From Candidatus Hydrogenedentota bacterium (lineage in GTDB: Bacteria; Hydrogenedentota; Hydrogenedentia; Hydrogenedentales; SLHB01), in contig JARKSN010000288.1 in NCBI GenBank assembly GCA_029974275.1, forward strand, positions 32,001-96,000: a stretch of 64,000 nt of DNA, read 5' to 3'. Both the position numbers and the translations under genes were made by a program. A model generated the notes under the pieces. That model did no database searches, was not told the origin of the DNA, and saw nothing but the letters and a program-made list of their open reading frames with translations. Of this stretch, positions 18,574 through 28,367 are shown piece after piece (positions within the stretch are counted from its first letter, which is position 1; every line of letters begins with the position of its first letter).

Positions 18574-19797
18574 TTGACGGAATTGGATGTCGAGCGCATT
18601 CGCAAAGACTTCCCCGCGTTGCATCTGACCGTGGGCGGAAAGTCATTGGTCTATCTTGATAACGCCGCGACGAGTCAGAAGCCGCAGGCGGTCATTGACG
18701 CGGTGACGCGGTACTACGCCGAACAGAACGCGAATGTGCATCGCGGCGTGCATTACTTGAGCGAGCTTGCGACAGATCTCTATGAGAAGTCTCGCAAGAA
18801 GGTCCAGAAATTTCTCAATGCCCCGTTGACGTGCGAGATCATTTTTACTCGCGGCGCGACAGAGGGCATCAATCTTGTCGCGCAGACTTACGGCCGCGCC
18901 CATGTCGGCGCAGGCGATGAAGTCCTGATCTCCGCGATGGAACACCATAGCAACATCGTGCCGTGGCAGATGCTGTGCGAGGAAAAAGGCGCAACGTTGC
19001 GCGTGATTCCGATGAACGACGCGGGCGAATTGCTGGTCGAGGAATTTGAGAAGCTGCTCACCCCACGCACGAAGATGGTGGGCCTTTCGCATGTCTCGAA
19101 CGCATTGGGCACGGTTAATCCGGTCAAGAAAATGATCGCGATGGCGCACGCCAATGGAACCCCGGTGTTGGTGGATGGCGCGCAGTCGGCCCCGCACGTG
19201 CCGATCGATGTCCAAGATATCGATTGCGACTTCTTCGTCTGTTCGGGGCACAAAATGTGCGGCCCGACCGGCATCGGCGTTTTGTTTGGCAAGGCGCCTC
19301 GGCTGGATGCCATGCCGCCGTATCAAGGCGGCGGCGACATGATTTTGTCGGTGACCTTCGAGAAGACGATATTCAATTCGCTGCCGTACAAATTCGAGGC
19401 AGGCACGCCGCACATCGAAGGCGCGATCGGGCTCGGCGTCGCGGTGGATTATCTCGCCGAACTCGGGATGGAGCGGATTGCGAAGTGGGAGGACGAACTC
19501 CTCGAATACGGCACGCGCCTGTTGTCGAACATCGACGGCGTTCGACGTATCGGCACAGCGCCTCACAGAGCGGCGGTGTTATCGTTTACAATGGACTGTG
19601 CGCACCCGCATGACATTGGACAGATATTCAGCGACAACGGCGTGGCCATTCGCGCGGGGCACCATTGTGCACAACCGGTGATGCAGCGTTTTGGCGTGCC
19701 GGCGACCGCGCGTATTTCGCTTGCGTTTTACAATACCAAGGCTGATCTTGACGCCGCCGCCGCGGCGGCGGAAGCAGTAAAGAAGGTGTTTGACTGA
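18574..19797 (+). CDS. sufS: Cysteine desulfurase SufS
   Basis: YLDNAATSQKP, NVHRG, EHHSN, DGAQS, SGHKM (PLP Lys), RAGHHCA. Confidence 0.98.
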   Translation: MTELDVERIRKDFPALHLTVGGKSLVYLDNAATSQKPQAVIDAVTRYYAEQNANVHRGVHYLSELATDLYEKSRKKVQKFLNAPLTCEIIFTRGATEGINLVAQTYGRAHVGAGDEVLISAMEHHSNIVPWQMLCEEKGATLRVIPMNDAGELLVEEFEKLLTPRTKMVGLSHVSNALGTVNPVKKMIAMAHANGTPVLVDGAQSAPHVPIDVQDIDCDFFVCSGHKMCGPTGIGVLFGKAPRLDAMPPYQGGGDMILSVTFEKTIFNSLPYKFEAGTPHIEGAIGLGVAVDYLAELGMERIAKWEDELLEYGTRLLSNIDGVRRIGTAPHRAAVLSFTMDCAHPHDIGQIFSDNGVAIRAGHHCAQPVMQRFGVPATARISLAFYNTKADLDAAAAAAEAVKKVFD

Positions 19798-20249
19798 TGG
19801 CTGAGAACAGGGCCCTATACGAGCAGGTTATCCTGGAACACAACAAAAGCCCGCGCAATTTTCGCGAGATGACCTGTGCCGATTGCAAAGCCGACGGTTT
19901 CAATCCTTTATGCGGCGACCAGTTCACGATCTACTTGAAGTTCGAGGACGACAAGATCGTCGACGTCAGCTTCAAAGGGTGCGGGTGCGCGATCAGCAAG
20001 TCCTCCGCATCGATCATGACGACTTTGCTCAAGGGAAAAACCAAGAAAGAGGCCGAATCCCTTTTCGTCAAATTCCACGCCCTCGTCACGTCCGAACCCG
20101 ACGCGCCCGTCAACGCCGAAGACCTGGGCCGCTTGGCCGTGTTCTGCGGCGTGCGCGAATACCCCGTGCGCATCAAATGCGCCACCCTCGCCTGGCACAC
20201 CATGCTCGCCGCTCTCGACGGCAAGGGCGATCCCATATCGACGGAATGA
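19797..20249 (+). CDS. sufU: SUF system NifU-like protein SufU
   Basis: LYEQVILEH..SPRN, NPLCGD, GCAIS..SAS, RIKCATLAWH. Confidence 0.95.
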   Translation: MAENRALYEQVILEHNKSPRNFREMTCADCKADGFNPLCGDQFTIYLKFEDDKIVDVSFKGCGCAISKSSASIMTTLLKGKTKKEAESLFVKFHALVTSEPDAPVNAEDLGRLAVFCGVREYPVRIKCATLAWHTMLAALDGKGDPISTE

Positions 20250-20921
20250 TTACGGACGGGACTCCCCCGCCGCGGCAGGATCAAGAAACCATTCGGCGTC
20301 CGCGAGTTGGCCCGCGGGCAATTCGCCCCGTTGGACGCGCGCCAAGGCCGCTGCCTTGTCCGCGCCCGCGACCAGGAACCATCGACGCCGCGCGGCGCGC
20401 AGCAACGGGAACGTCATCGTCACGCGGCGCACAGCCCGCTGCGGAACCTCGTTGAAAACAACCAGTCGCGCCGCTTCGTCCAGCGCTGCCGAATTCGGAA
20501 AAAGCGAGGCCGTATGCCCGTCCGCGCCCATGCCTAAAAAAACGAAATCGAGCGCGGGACATCCATCCGGTCCCTCGGGAACACGGTCGCGCAGCAGGCG
20601 CTCATATGCCTCGGCGGCCGTATCGCGCTCGACCTCGATGCGGTGCGCGACGATTCCGTTCTCGCGGGCAAGCAGTTCCGCGGCGATCAGGCGCCAGTTC
20701 GAGTCCTCATGATCGGGCGGCACGCAGCGCTCGTCCACTTGCCATATCTCGACCCGCTCCCACGGCACGGCGCCGCGAAATTCCGTCGCCAGCAAGCGAA
20801 ACAACTGCCGGGGCGTGGAACCGCCCGACAAGGCCACGTGGACCCGTCCATCGCGCGGCAGTTCCGCCGCAAACCGTTCCGCAAGCGCCCGCGCGGGATC
20901 ATCCGCAACGTGCAGGTTCAT
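20250..20921 (-). CDS. pgl: 6-phosphogluconolactonase
   Basis: ALSGGSTP, VDERCVPPDH.DSN, LGMGADGHTASLFP, RVTMT; ATGA overlap with the zwf stop. Confidence 0.95.
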   Translation of the reverse strand: MNLHVADDPARALAERFAAELPRDGRVHVALSGGSTPRQLFRLLATEFRGAVPWERVEIWQVDERCVPPDHEDSNWRLIAAELLARENGIVAHRIEVERDTAAEAYERLLRDRVPEGPDGCPALDFVFLGMGADGHTASLFPNSAALDEAARLVVFNEVPQRAVRRVTMTFPLLRAARRRWFLVAGADKAAALARVQRGELPAGQLADAEWFLDPAAAGESRP

Positions 20922-22468
20922 AGCGTGCGCCATGCGCCTTGGCAACAAGCAAAGAGGCGATCGGCCTCCGGAGGCCCCCAGGTTCCGGGCCGGTACAATT
21001 CGGGAAGAGGCGCGTCCTTCCAGGCGTCCCTCACCGACGTGACGATCCGCCACGCACGCTCGATCTCGTCGGCGCGCATGAACAACGTCGAATCGCCGCG
21101 CAGGGCATCCAGCAACAGCCGCTCGTACGCCTCGGGCAAATCTTGCTCGAACGCCGTGCCATACCGAAAATCCATCGCCACCGGCTCAAGCAGGAATTCC
21201 ATGCCGGGCGGTTTCGCGCTGAAGGTCAACGAGATGGCCTCGTCGGGCTGAATGCGGAACGACAACACGTTGGGTTGCGGCAATTTCACGCCAAGGTCCT
21301 TGAAGCATTGCGTTGGAGGCCGGCGGAACTGAAGGGCGATCTCCGTTACGCGCGAGGCCATGCGCTTGCCGGTTCGAAGGTAGAACGGCACGCCCGCCCA
21401 ACGCCAGTTGTCGACATACAGACGCAACGCGACATAGGTTTCCGTTTTGCTATCGGGCGCAACCCCCTGTTCGGCGACGTATCCCGGCATGCCGCCGCCC
21501 TCGGCGTACTGTCCGCGCACGCACCACGTTTCCAGCGGGTCTCCAAAGGGGAGCGCAACGGAGCTGAGGACCTTGAGTTTTTCGTCTCGGATGTCCTGGG
21601 CGGCGAAGCGAGCGGGCGGCTCCATCGCAACGAGACAGAGCAACTGCAAGGCGTGATTCTGCACGACATCGCGCAGGGCCCCGGTCTGGTCGTAGAACGC
21701 GCCGCGCCGGCCTTCCATGCCGACGGTTTCGGCGACGGTGATCTGCACGTGATCGACGTAGTGGTGATGGAACAACGGTTCGAAGATCGCGTTGCCCAAT
21801 CGAAACGCGAAGATGTTCTGGACGGTTTCCTTGCCGAGGTAATGATCGATGCGGTATATCTGACGTTCGCTGAGCACGGCACGCAAGGAACGGTTCAACG
21901 CCTCCGCCGACGCGGCGTCCTCGCCAAACGGCTTTTCCACCACCACCCTCGCCCAAGGCCCCTCCGGGCGATCATCCAACATGCCCGCCGCGCCCAGGCG
22001 TTCCGTTACGGGCGCGAAATATTCGGGGCTCGTCGCGAGATAAAACAACCGCGACCCCGCAAACCCGGCGCGCTGTTCCATGGCGGCAAGCCGTTCGCCA
22101 AGCTTGCGGTACTCGGCGGCGGCGGCGCTGAATTCCAGGGAATGATAGTGCAGATTCGCGACGAACGGATCGCAGGTGTCGCTTTCGCCGTGGCCCGTGC
22201 GCGAGTATTTTTTGAGAGCTTCGCACATCTCCGCGCGGAACTCGGCATCGGTCTTCTGCTTGCGCGCCACCCCAACCACCGCGATGCGCTCCGGCAAAAA
22301 GCCCGCGCGCCACAAATTGTAGACCGCGGGGATCAGTTTGCGCCCCGCCAGATCGCCCGTCACGCCGAAGATGACGATGGTCGCCATGGCGTCCGCGGCG
22401 ATCCGGTAACGGGAATCGCCTGGCGACGGCGAAGGTTGTTGGAGCGCAGTGGTCGAGATGAAAGACAT
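20918..22468 (-). CDS. zwf: Glucose-6-phosphate 1-dehydrogenase
   Basis: IFGVTGDLA.RKL, EKPFG, RIDHYLGKE, RWAGVPFYLRTGK, AYERLL. Confidence 0.98.
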   Translation of the reverse strand: MSFISTTALQQPSPSPGDSRYRIAADAMATIVIFGVTGDLAGRKLIPAVYNLWRAGFLPERIAVVGVARKQKTDAEFRAEMCEALKKYSRTGHGESDTCDPFVANLHYHSLEFSAAAAEYRKLGERLAAMEQRAGFAGSRLFYLATSPEYFAPVTERLGAAGMLDDRPEGPWARVVVEKPFGEDAASAEALNRSLRAVLSERQIYRIDHYLGKETVQNIFAFRLGNAIFEPLFHHHYVDHVQITVAETVGMEGRRGAFYDQTGALRDVVQNHALQLLCLVAMEPPARFAAQDIRDEKLKVLSSVALPFGDPLETWCVRGQYAEGGGMPGYVAEQGVAPDSKTETYVALRLYVDNWRWAGVPFYLRTGKRMASRVTEIALQFRRPPTQCFKDLGVKLPQPNVLSFRIQPDEAISLTFSAKPPGMEFLLEPVAMDFRYGTAFEQDLPEAYERLLLDALRGDSTLFMRADEIERAWRIVTSVRDAWKDAPLPELYRPGTWGPPEADRLFACCQGAWRTL

Positions 22469-22610
22469 GCAACACCTCCTGGGCTGTTCGGTCGACGCGT
22501 CAAACAGCAGGCCGCATTATGCCACACGCCGATCCAAGCGCCAAGAGGGGAAGCCGCGATGCCGCATCAGGGGCGCCGCCTTTTCGTCTTCTTTTCGCCG
22601 AGGCGCGCTG

Positions 22611-23966
22611 TTACAACGGCTCTTCTTCGGACGCGCGCCTGGGGCGGACAATGCGCCGCGGGGGCGGCTGGAGCTTGAATCCCGCGATGCCGCCCGCGAT
22701 GAGGACATAGATGGGGTTGAGCATGGCGTTCAAGAGGCCGTCGAGCATGAAAAGCGGCAGCAACAACGCCACGGCCGTCACGGGCGCCAAGGCGGGATGA
22801 GACCAATGTCGCACGCGTATCTGGAGCAGCAACAACGCGACCGGCCCCAAAATGAGCAGCAACAGCGCGCCCAACCCAAACAAGCCCTTCGATCCAAACG
22901 TTATGATCCACAGCCCGTCCACGAGGGTCCGGTCCTCGCCGCTGTCGCTGGTGACGCGCGCCCTCCCCCAGCCGTCCCAGCCAAACACAGGACGCTCCAG
23001 GGCCTTGGCCGCCATGCGGTCCTCGGTCGTCAATCGCACCTGCAGCGAGGCGGCGCGGTCCGGGCCGAAATACGTCTGGGCGCGGGAAATAATGGGGCCC
23101 GCTGGAATGATATCGCTGGTGCGCCCGGCAATGTACGCCACCGGCAAAAAGATGAGAACCAGCACGACGATCGGCGAACGCAGCCACTTGATGCCCGCCA
23201 GAACGCCCAGCCCCAGGAACAGCAACACCGTCGCCCCCGTGGCCTTGCAACACACCGTGGTGAGACAGAGAAAACCGGAAACCATCCAGCCGGGGATTTT
23301 TCGGAAACGCTTCATGGCTCCAGTAACCCACAGCCACGAGGCCACAAACGAGGCGGACATCATCCAAATGCCGACCATAAGGCCGTGGCTCATGAAAACC
23401 ATGGGCCGCCAACCGCCGTAGCGGTACGTCGAGGAAAAGCTGCTTTGGTAATAGCCGTATATCCAATAGTTGAGCTGGGGACTCATGCGTATCTCGAACC
23501 AGCAAAGCGGCGCATAGAAAAGCCCGCCTATCAGAATGCCGTAGGCCAGTTCGCGAAGAGACTCAATCCGGGTGAAGTAGAGCCGACCGATGAAGTAGGG
23601 CAGTCCCCAATCGATGACATCGCCAAAGCTGAGCGACAAGCCGTTGTAGATGCCCAGTCCGTTTGCCAACGACGAAAACAGCGAACTGGCGCACCACGCC
23701 ACGGGAACGAGGTCGAACCATTTGGGCCGGAACGACGCGAGCCGGCCGGGATCGAGCAGGGCGACGCCCAGCAGCACGCCCAGGGTGGTGGCCATGGCCT
23801 TTGTGTATTCCGGCAGTCCCTGCGGGGCCTTGAAATGGGCGTTCGGCAAAAACAGCCACGCCAGAATGAACGCCGCGATGATGGCGCGGGTCGGCTTGAG
23901 CGCGAAAAACAGAAACAGCACGAACGGTATCCATCCAAACAACGTCAATGGAACGAGAAAGGTCAT
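22611..23966 (-). CDS. O-antigen ligase/polymerase-like membrane protein
   Basis: About 10-12 hydrophobic segments, RP.VF..H.L..G, SL..R...E...A..RP.FGW.GWG, DGLWI; ends a glycosyltransferase cluster. Confidence 0.7.
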   Translation of the reverse strand: MTFLVPLTLFGWIPFVLFLFFALKPTRAIIAAFILAWLFLPNAHFKAPQGLPEYTKAMATTLGVLLGVALLDPGRLASFRPKWFDLVPVAWCASSLFSSLANGLGIYNGLSLSFGDVIDWGLPYFIGRLYFTRIESLRELAYGILIGGLFYAPLCWFEIRMSPQLNYWIYGYYQSSFSSTYRYGGWRPMVFMSHGLMVGIWMMSASFVASWLWVTGAMKRFRKIPGWMVSGFLCLTTVCCKATGATVLLFLGLGVLAGIKWLRSPIVVLVLIFLPVAYIAGRTSDIIPAGPIISRAQTYFGPDRAASLQVRLTTEDRMAAKALERPVFGWDGWGRARVTSDSGEDRTLVDGLWIITFGSKGLFGLGALLLLILGPVALLLLQIRVRHWSHPALAPVTAVALLLPLFMLDGLLNAMLNPIYVLIAGGIAGFKLQPPPRRIVRPRRASEEEPL

Positions 23967-25075
23967 GGTTGCTGGGCCCTGTCGTTCGCCGGAACCGTCG
24001 CAGAACAGGCGACAATGCGCGTCAATTCGCTCTCGAACAGGCGCGCCGACGTGCGCCAGTCGCGCGCGCAAGCGGTGGCATAGGCCGCGGCGGACATGGC
24101 CCGCCACGCATCGTCGGAAAGCCCGCACAGCCGTTCGATGGCGTCGGCCATGGCATCGGCGTCGCCGCGTTGTATCAGATAACCGCCCCCGTTTGCCAGC
24201 AGTTCCGGAGCCGCCCCGGCGCAGGTGGCGATCACCGGCGTGCGACAGGCCATGGACTCAAGCAAGGGAAGCCCATATCCTTCTTGGCGGCTGCTCCACA
24301 ACCAGGCATCGCACGAAGCATAGATGCCGCGCAAGGCCTGTTGCGCGGGCCGCAGCGTGTAGGCGGTCTTCGGGGGCAACGGCAGGGCGCCGGAGGGAGG
24401 CGTTGCGCCGAAAGCGACTGCCCGAAGCCCTGGAATGCGTGTGCGCGCGCGCTCGATGGCGCGAATCGCGACGTCCACGGACTTGAGCGGCGAGGTCGAA
24501 TACACGAAGCCAACCGTTGGCGCGGCCTGTTTGCCGCGTTCCGGGGCACGGAAAACGTCCAGGTCCACGCCGTTGGGCACGAGCGCGACATCATGCACGC
24601 CGAAACGCTCCGCCGCCACATCCACCAACCACTGCGACACGGCAATGCGATGCATGGGATGGCGCCATGCCGCATCGCAACGAACATCATCATCGTCGGA
24701 AGACTTCTCGTATCCCTGGGCGAAGTAGACCTTCTGGCCCTTTCGCGCCGGAAACGAGGCGATCCAGTTCGCGGTGGCCCACCATGTGGCGACGATAACG
24801 TCCGCGTCGGGAACGTCGTCCGCCTCGACAGGGCGAAAGTCCCGCAACACACGGTGGGGAACGTCCAACGCATCCACATGCGACGAAACCGCGCCGACAG
24901 ACGCACGCTTTCCCTGGACCAGGGCCCTAAGCCTTTCGCGAAAAGAAAGAGGCCGCGGCGGACGCGAGACGACAAGAACCTCGTGTCCCTGTCGCCGAAG
25001 GCTGTCGGCGTACATCGCCACGACGCGCACGCCCCCCGAAAGGTCGGCATGCGCCAGCACAAAGGTCACTCGCAT
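23963..25075 (-). CDS. Glycosyltransferase family 4
   Basis: SGGVRV, VIVATWW.T, VPNGVD, S..EGYGLPLLESMAC.TPV. Confidence 0.9.
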   Translation of the reverse strand: MRVTFVLAHADLSGGVRVVAMYADSLRRQGHEVLVVSRPPRPLSFRERLRALVQGKRASVGAVSSHVDALDVPHRVLRDFRPVEADDVPDADVIVATWWATANWIASFPARKGQKVYFAQGYEKSSDDDDVRCDAAWRHPMHRIAVSQWLVDVAAERFGVHDVALVPNGVDLDVFRAPERGKQAAPTVGFVYSTSPLKSVDVAIRAIERARTRIPGLRAVAFGATPPSGALPLPPKTAYTLRPAQQALRGIYASCDAWLWSSRQEGYGLPLLESMACRTPVIATCAGAAPELLANGGGYLIQRGDADAMADAIERLCGLSDDAWRAMSAAAYATACARDWRTSARLFESELTRIVACSATVPANDRAQQP

Positions 25076-25090
25076 GGCGCATCTTTCATA

Positions 25091-25990
25091 TCAACGTCCC
25101 CTCCAGGCGCAGAAGGCGGCGCGCCATGACCCGACGCGGAAGGGCTCTCGAAACAACGCCCGGCAGGCATGTTTTCGCGCGGTGGCGACATGTCCGGCAT
25201 CCAGAGCCCACCACGCCCATTTGAGATGTTGCGCCGCCAGAGACAGGGGGGCTTCATCCACCTGCAGCAGCGAATCGCCAGGTTCCGGAAGGTTCCTGCG
25301 CGCATACGCGTCGCGCAAAACAGCCTCGGTGCAACGGCGCGTCACGTCGGCTCGGGCATGGCTGACGCTGCGCGAATGTTGCCGGTATTTCAGCACGCGC
25401 TGCGGCACGTTGGCCAACTTGCCCCGTTCGGCAAACCGCAGGAACAAATCGAGGTCTTCGCCCGCGGCAAACGCTTCGCGGTACCCGCCAATCGCCAGGG
25501 CCGCCTCGCGCCGGAACATCGACGCCGGATGCGCCAACGCGCCGCCCTGCCCTTGCATGTGAAATCGGTCGATGTCCTCGTGCGCCTCATGCGTGCACGC
25601 CTCACGAATCGGCCATCCCTCCGCGTCCACGATCAGAATGCGCCCGCCCACCGCCAAACATTCGGGATGGGCGTCCAGATACGCCGCTTGCAGCGCAAGA
25701 CGATCCGGCAAGGAGACATCGTCGGCATCCATGACCGCAACGCACTCGCCCTGCGCCAACCCAAGGGCCTCATTGCGCGTGGGCGTAATGCCGCGATTGG
25801 GGCGGCTTATCATGCGGATGCGGCCGTCGCGCTGCGCATAGTCCTCGATGATTGCCCGCGACTCGTCGGTCGAACCATCGTCGATGATGATGAATTCAAA
25901 CTCGCGAAGGGTCTGATCGAGCATGCTCTCGATCGCCTCGCGAAGATAGGGGCCAGCGTTGTAAACAGGCATGGCGACGCTGACGCGCAT
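25091..25990 (-). CDS. Glycosyltransferase family 2
   Basis: VSVAMPVYNA, IIDDGSTD, MDADD, EDLDL. Confidence 0.92.
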   Translation of the reverse strand: MRVSVAMPVYNAGPYLREAIESMLDQTLREFEFIIIDDGSTDESRAIIEDYAQRDGRIRMISRPNRGITPTRNEALGLAQGECVAVMDADDVSLPDRLALQAAYLDAHPECLAVGGRILIVDAEGWPIREACTHEAHEDIDRFHMQGQGGALAHPASMFRREAALAIGGYREAFAAGEDLDLFLRFAERGKLANVPQRVLKYRQHSRSVSHARADVTRRCTEAVLRDAYARRNLPEPGDSLLQVDEAPLSLAAQHLKWAWWALDAGHVATARKHACRALFREPFRVGSWRAAFCAWRGR

Positions 25991-26922
25991 TACCCCGCCC
26001 TCCGGGTCGGCTTCACCAGGGCGCATACAAGAAGCCGCCACCCTTCCATGGAAAAAGGCCGCGCCGCAATGGCTTTGCCGCCATACGCCCGGGCGGTATG
26101 CCGCTCGCCGCTATTGAAGGCCCACCAGCCGTATTTAAGCGCGAAACGATGCTTCGACAGGCGGTCTTCGCCGGGTCGCCAAGGCGCGTCGGCCTCGAAG
26201 GACGATGCCACGCCCCGTCGCTCGCAGGCGCGCGCACACGCCAAGCGCATGCGATCAATTTGCCGGGAGCCTGCGGCCTCGCTCACCGACGCCGGGTGCA
26301 GCCGGTACTGCAACACGGTCTCGGGAACATTGGCCAACTCCCCTTGCTCGCCTAGCCTGAGCCACAGGTCCAAGTCTTCGGCGAGCATCATATCGGGGTC
26401 ATATGCTCCAGCGGCAAGCACGGCCTCCTTGCGCATAACCGCCGTCGGGTGGCAGATCGGAGTCTTGCCCTGCAGGGCCAGTTCTTGGATGCGCGCATTG
26501 CCCTGCGCGACGGGTATCCGCGTGATCCGACGGCCCTTCTCGTCTATGACATCGATTCCGCCGCCTGCGCACACAACCTCGGGATGCGCCGCTAGGAAGT
26601 CCGCCTGCACGCGCAGCCGATGGGGCAAGGCGATATCGTCGGCGTCCATGCGCGCGATGAACGGCGCACGGGCAAGGGCAATGCCTTCGTTCAAGGACGC
26701 GACCAATCCCCGGTTCTCGCGCCGGACAAGCCGGATGCGCGGATCGCGTCGGGCATAGTCGTCGAGAATCTCCGCCGATCCATCGGTCGAACCGTCGTCG
26801 ATGATGAGGAACTCGAAGTCGACGAAGTCCTGATCGAGAATGCTCTCCACGGCCTTGGCGACGTAGCGGCGCGCGTTGTACACCGGCATAAGGACGCTGA
26901 GGGAAACGTCGCGATCACGCAT
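25990..26922 (-). CDS. Glycosyltransferase family 2
   Basis: SVLMPVYNA, IIDDGSTD, RMDADD, EDLDLW; paralog of the adjacent gene. Confidence 0.92.
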   Translation of the reverse strand: MRDRDVSLSVLMPVYNARRYVAKAVESILDQDFVDFEFLIIDDGSTDGSAEILDDYARRDPRIRLVRRENRGLVASLNEGIALARAPFIARMDADDIALPHRLRVQADFLAAHPEVVCAGGGIDVIDEKGRRITRIPVAQGNARIQELALQGKTPICHPTAVMRKEAVLAAGAYDPDMMLAEDLDLWLRLGEQGELANVPETVLQYRLHPASVSEAAGSRQIDRMRLACARACERRGVASSFEADAPWRPGEDRLSKHRFALKYGWWAFNSGERHTARAYGGKAIAARPFSMEGWRLLVCALVKPTRRAG

Positions 26923-28183
26923 GCGCCAGCGTCTCCTGCACAAAACGCGCATACGCCGCGCGCCCGGCCGCTATCTGCCGTTCCGCAGCGATCAGAAGCG
27001 GCGCCCGCGCATCGTCCGCCGATTCCCATGCCTGATTCAAATTCTCCATCAACCGCATTTCCAGCGCCGGATCGTCCAGAAACACGACAACGCACCCCGC
27101 GCCAAAGGCCTCCATCAACCCGAGAAACTTGTCCGTATAGTACGGAGACCGCGCCAACGCGACAACCGGAATGCCTTGCGACAACGCAAACACGCCCGCA
27201 TGATAACTGCCCGTGAGCGCGACGCGGCACTTGCCGGCCTGGCGGATGATCGATTGCGGCGTGTCCGTACACGCGGCGTCCAGGGGCATATCGGAGCCAA
27301 GGAGCGCGCGAATCGAGGCGAGATCGTCCTGACCCTCATAAAAAGATATCGGAAGCGCATGCAACGCGGCCCCCCGGCGCGCCGCAAACTCTTTGATGAC
27401 TCGGCCTGTCTTGGCCAGTTGCTCGGGGTCGATATCGGAATAGGAGGTCAATCGCACATTGACGCCAAGCCCAGTCCCCAGCGCGTCCGGACGTTCCGCA
27501 TGCGCCAACTCGATGGCGTCATCGCCCGTAACCAGCAGCCGTTCGCCGGGAACGCCGAGACGCTGCAGCAGATCGACGCCCCGGCGCCTTTCCCGCAACG
27601 CGATGAGGTCGGCGCGACGAAAAACCTGCCGGGCTGTTTTACGCAGCGACACATTATCGAGGGGGCCAATGCCTTGGCCGAAAAAAGCCGTGGGTTTGCG
27701 TCGCTGTTGCGCCAAGCGCAGCGTGTGAAGCGTCGCCGCGGCGTGAACGGCAAACACGTCCGTCAGATAACCGCCGCCGCTGGCGACCACGGCATCCGCG
27801 GCATCGATGGCTTCCAAGAAAGCGCGCATCGTATCGGTCTCGATTCCCCGGCGCGCCATGCGCGCTGAAATCACGCCGGCGCTGAATCGAGAGCCATTCA
27901 CCCGAAGAAAATCCTCGCATGCGGCAAGCGCCGACTCGGCACACGCAAACAGCCGGAACAAGGGGCCGAGGATGTTGCGCTGTTGCAGCCATACGCGACG
28001 GCCTTGCGTCGAGAGCGGCGCAACGCCCGGACACTGCGCGGCCAACTTGTCCGGATTCGACGTCAACGCCGTGAATCGCGCGCCCGGAACCAACGCGCGA
28101 AAACGCGCGACCAGCGCCTGCAGCATGGCCGCGTCGCCCACGTTGCGAAAATCATAGCTGCCGTTGTCAACGAGAATATGCAT
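26915..28183 (-). CDS. Polysaccharide pyruvyl transferase family protein
   Basis: NVGDAAML, SGGGYLTD, GQGIGPL, LRE, SYHAGVFAL..GIP. Confidence 0.85.
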   Translation of the reverse strand: MHILVDNGSYDFRNVGDAAMLQALVARFRALVPGARFTALTSNPDKLAAQCPGVAPLSTQGRRVWLQQRNILGPLFRLFACAESALAACEDFLRVNGSRFSAGVISARMARRGIETDTMRAFLEAIDAADAVVASGGGYLTDVFAVHAAATLHTLRLAQQRRKPTAFFGQGIGPLDNVSLRKTARQVFRRADLIALRERRRGVDLLQRLGVPGERLLVTGDDAIELAHAERPDALGTGLGVNVRLTSYSDIDPEQLAKTGRVIKEFAARRGAALHALPISFYEGQDDLASIRALLGSDMPLDAACTDTPQSIIRQAGKCRVALTGSYHAGVFALSQGIPVVALARSPYYTDKFLGLMEAFGAGCVVVFLDDPALEMRLMENLNQAWESADDARAPLLIAAERQIAAGRAAYARFVQETLAHA

Positions 28184-28287
28184 CTTTCGTCCGCAAATCT
28201 TCCCCATGCACATCGGAACCTTGGCGATAGTGTGGGGCCTGATGCCGGAAGAAAGCAAGAGCGGGGAGCGCCTTTCACAAGGCGATT

Positions 28288-28317
28288 TTGATTCGTTCCA
28301 GCGCCCGGCGGTACAAT
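28288..28317 (+). promoter_or_regulatory. Sigma70-type promoter for cysS
   Basis: TTGATT-18nt-TACAAT about 50 bp upstream of the cysS ATG. Confidence 0.5.
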
Positions 28318-28367
28318 CCCCCTTTCGCGCGCGGAATGGTCATGCGCGTCGAATACCCGGAGCGGCC

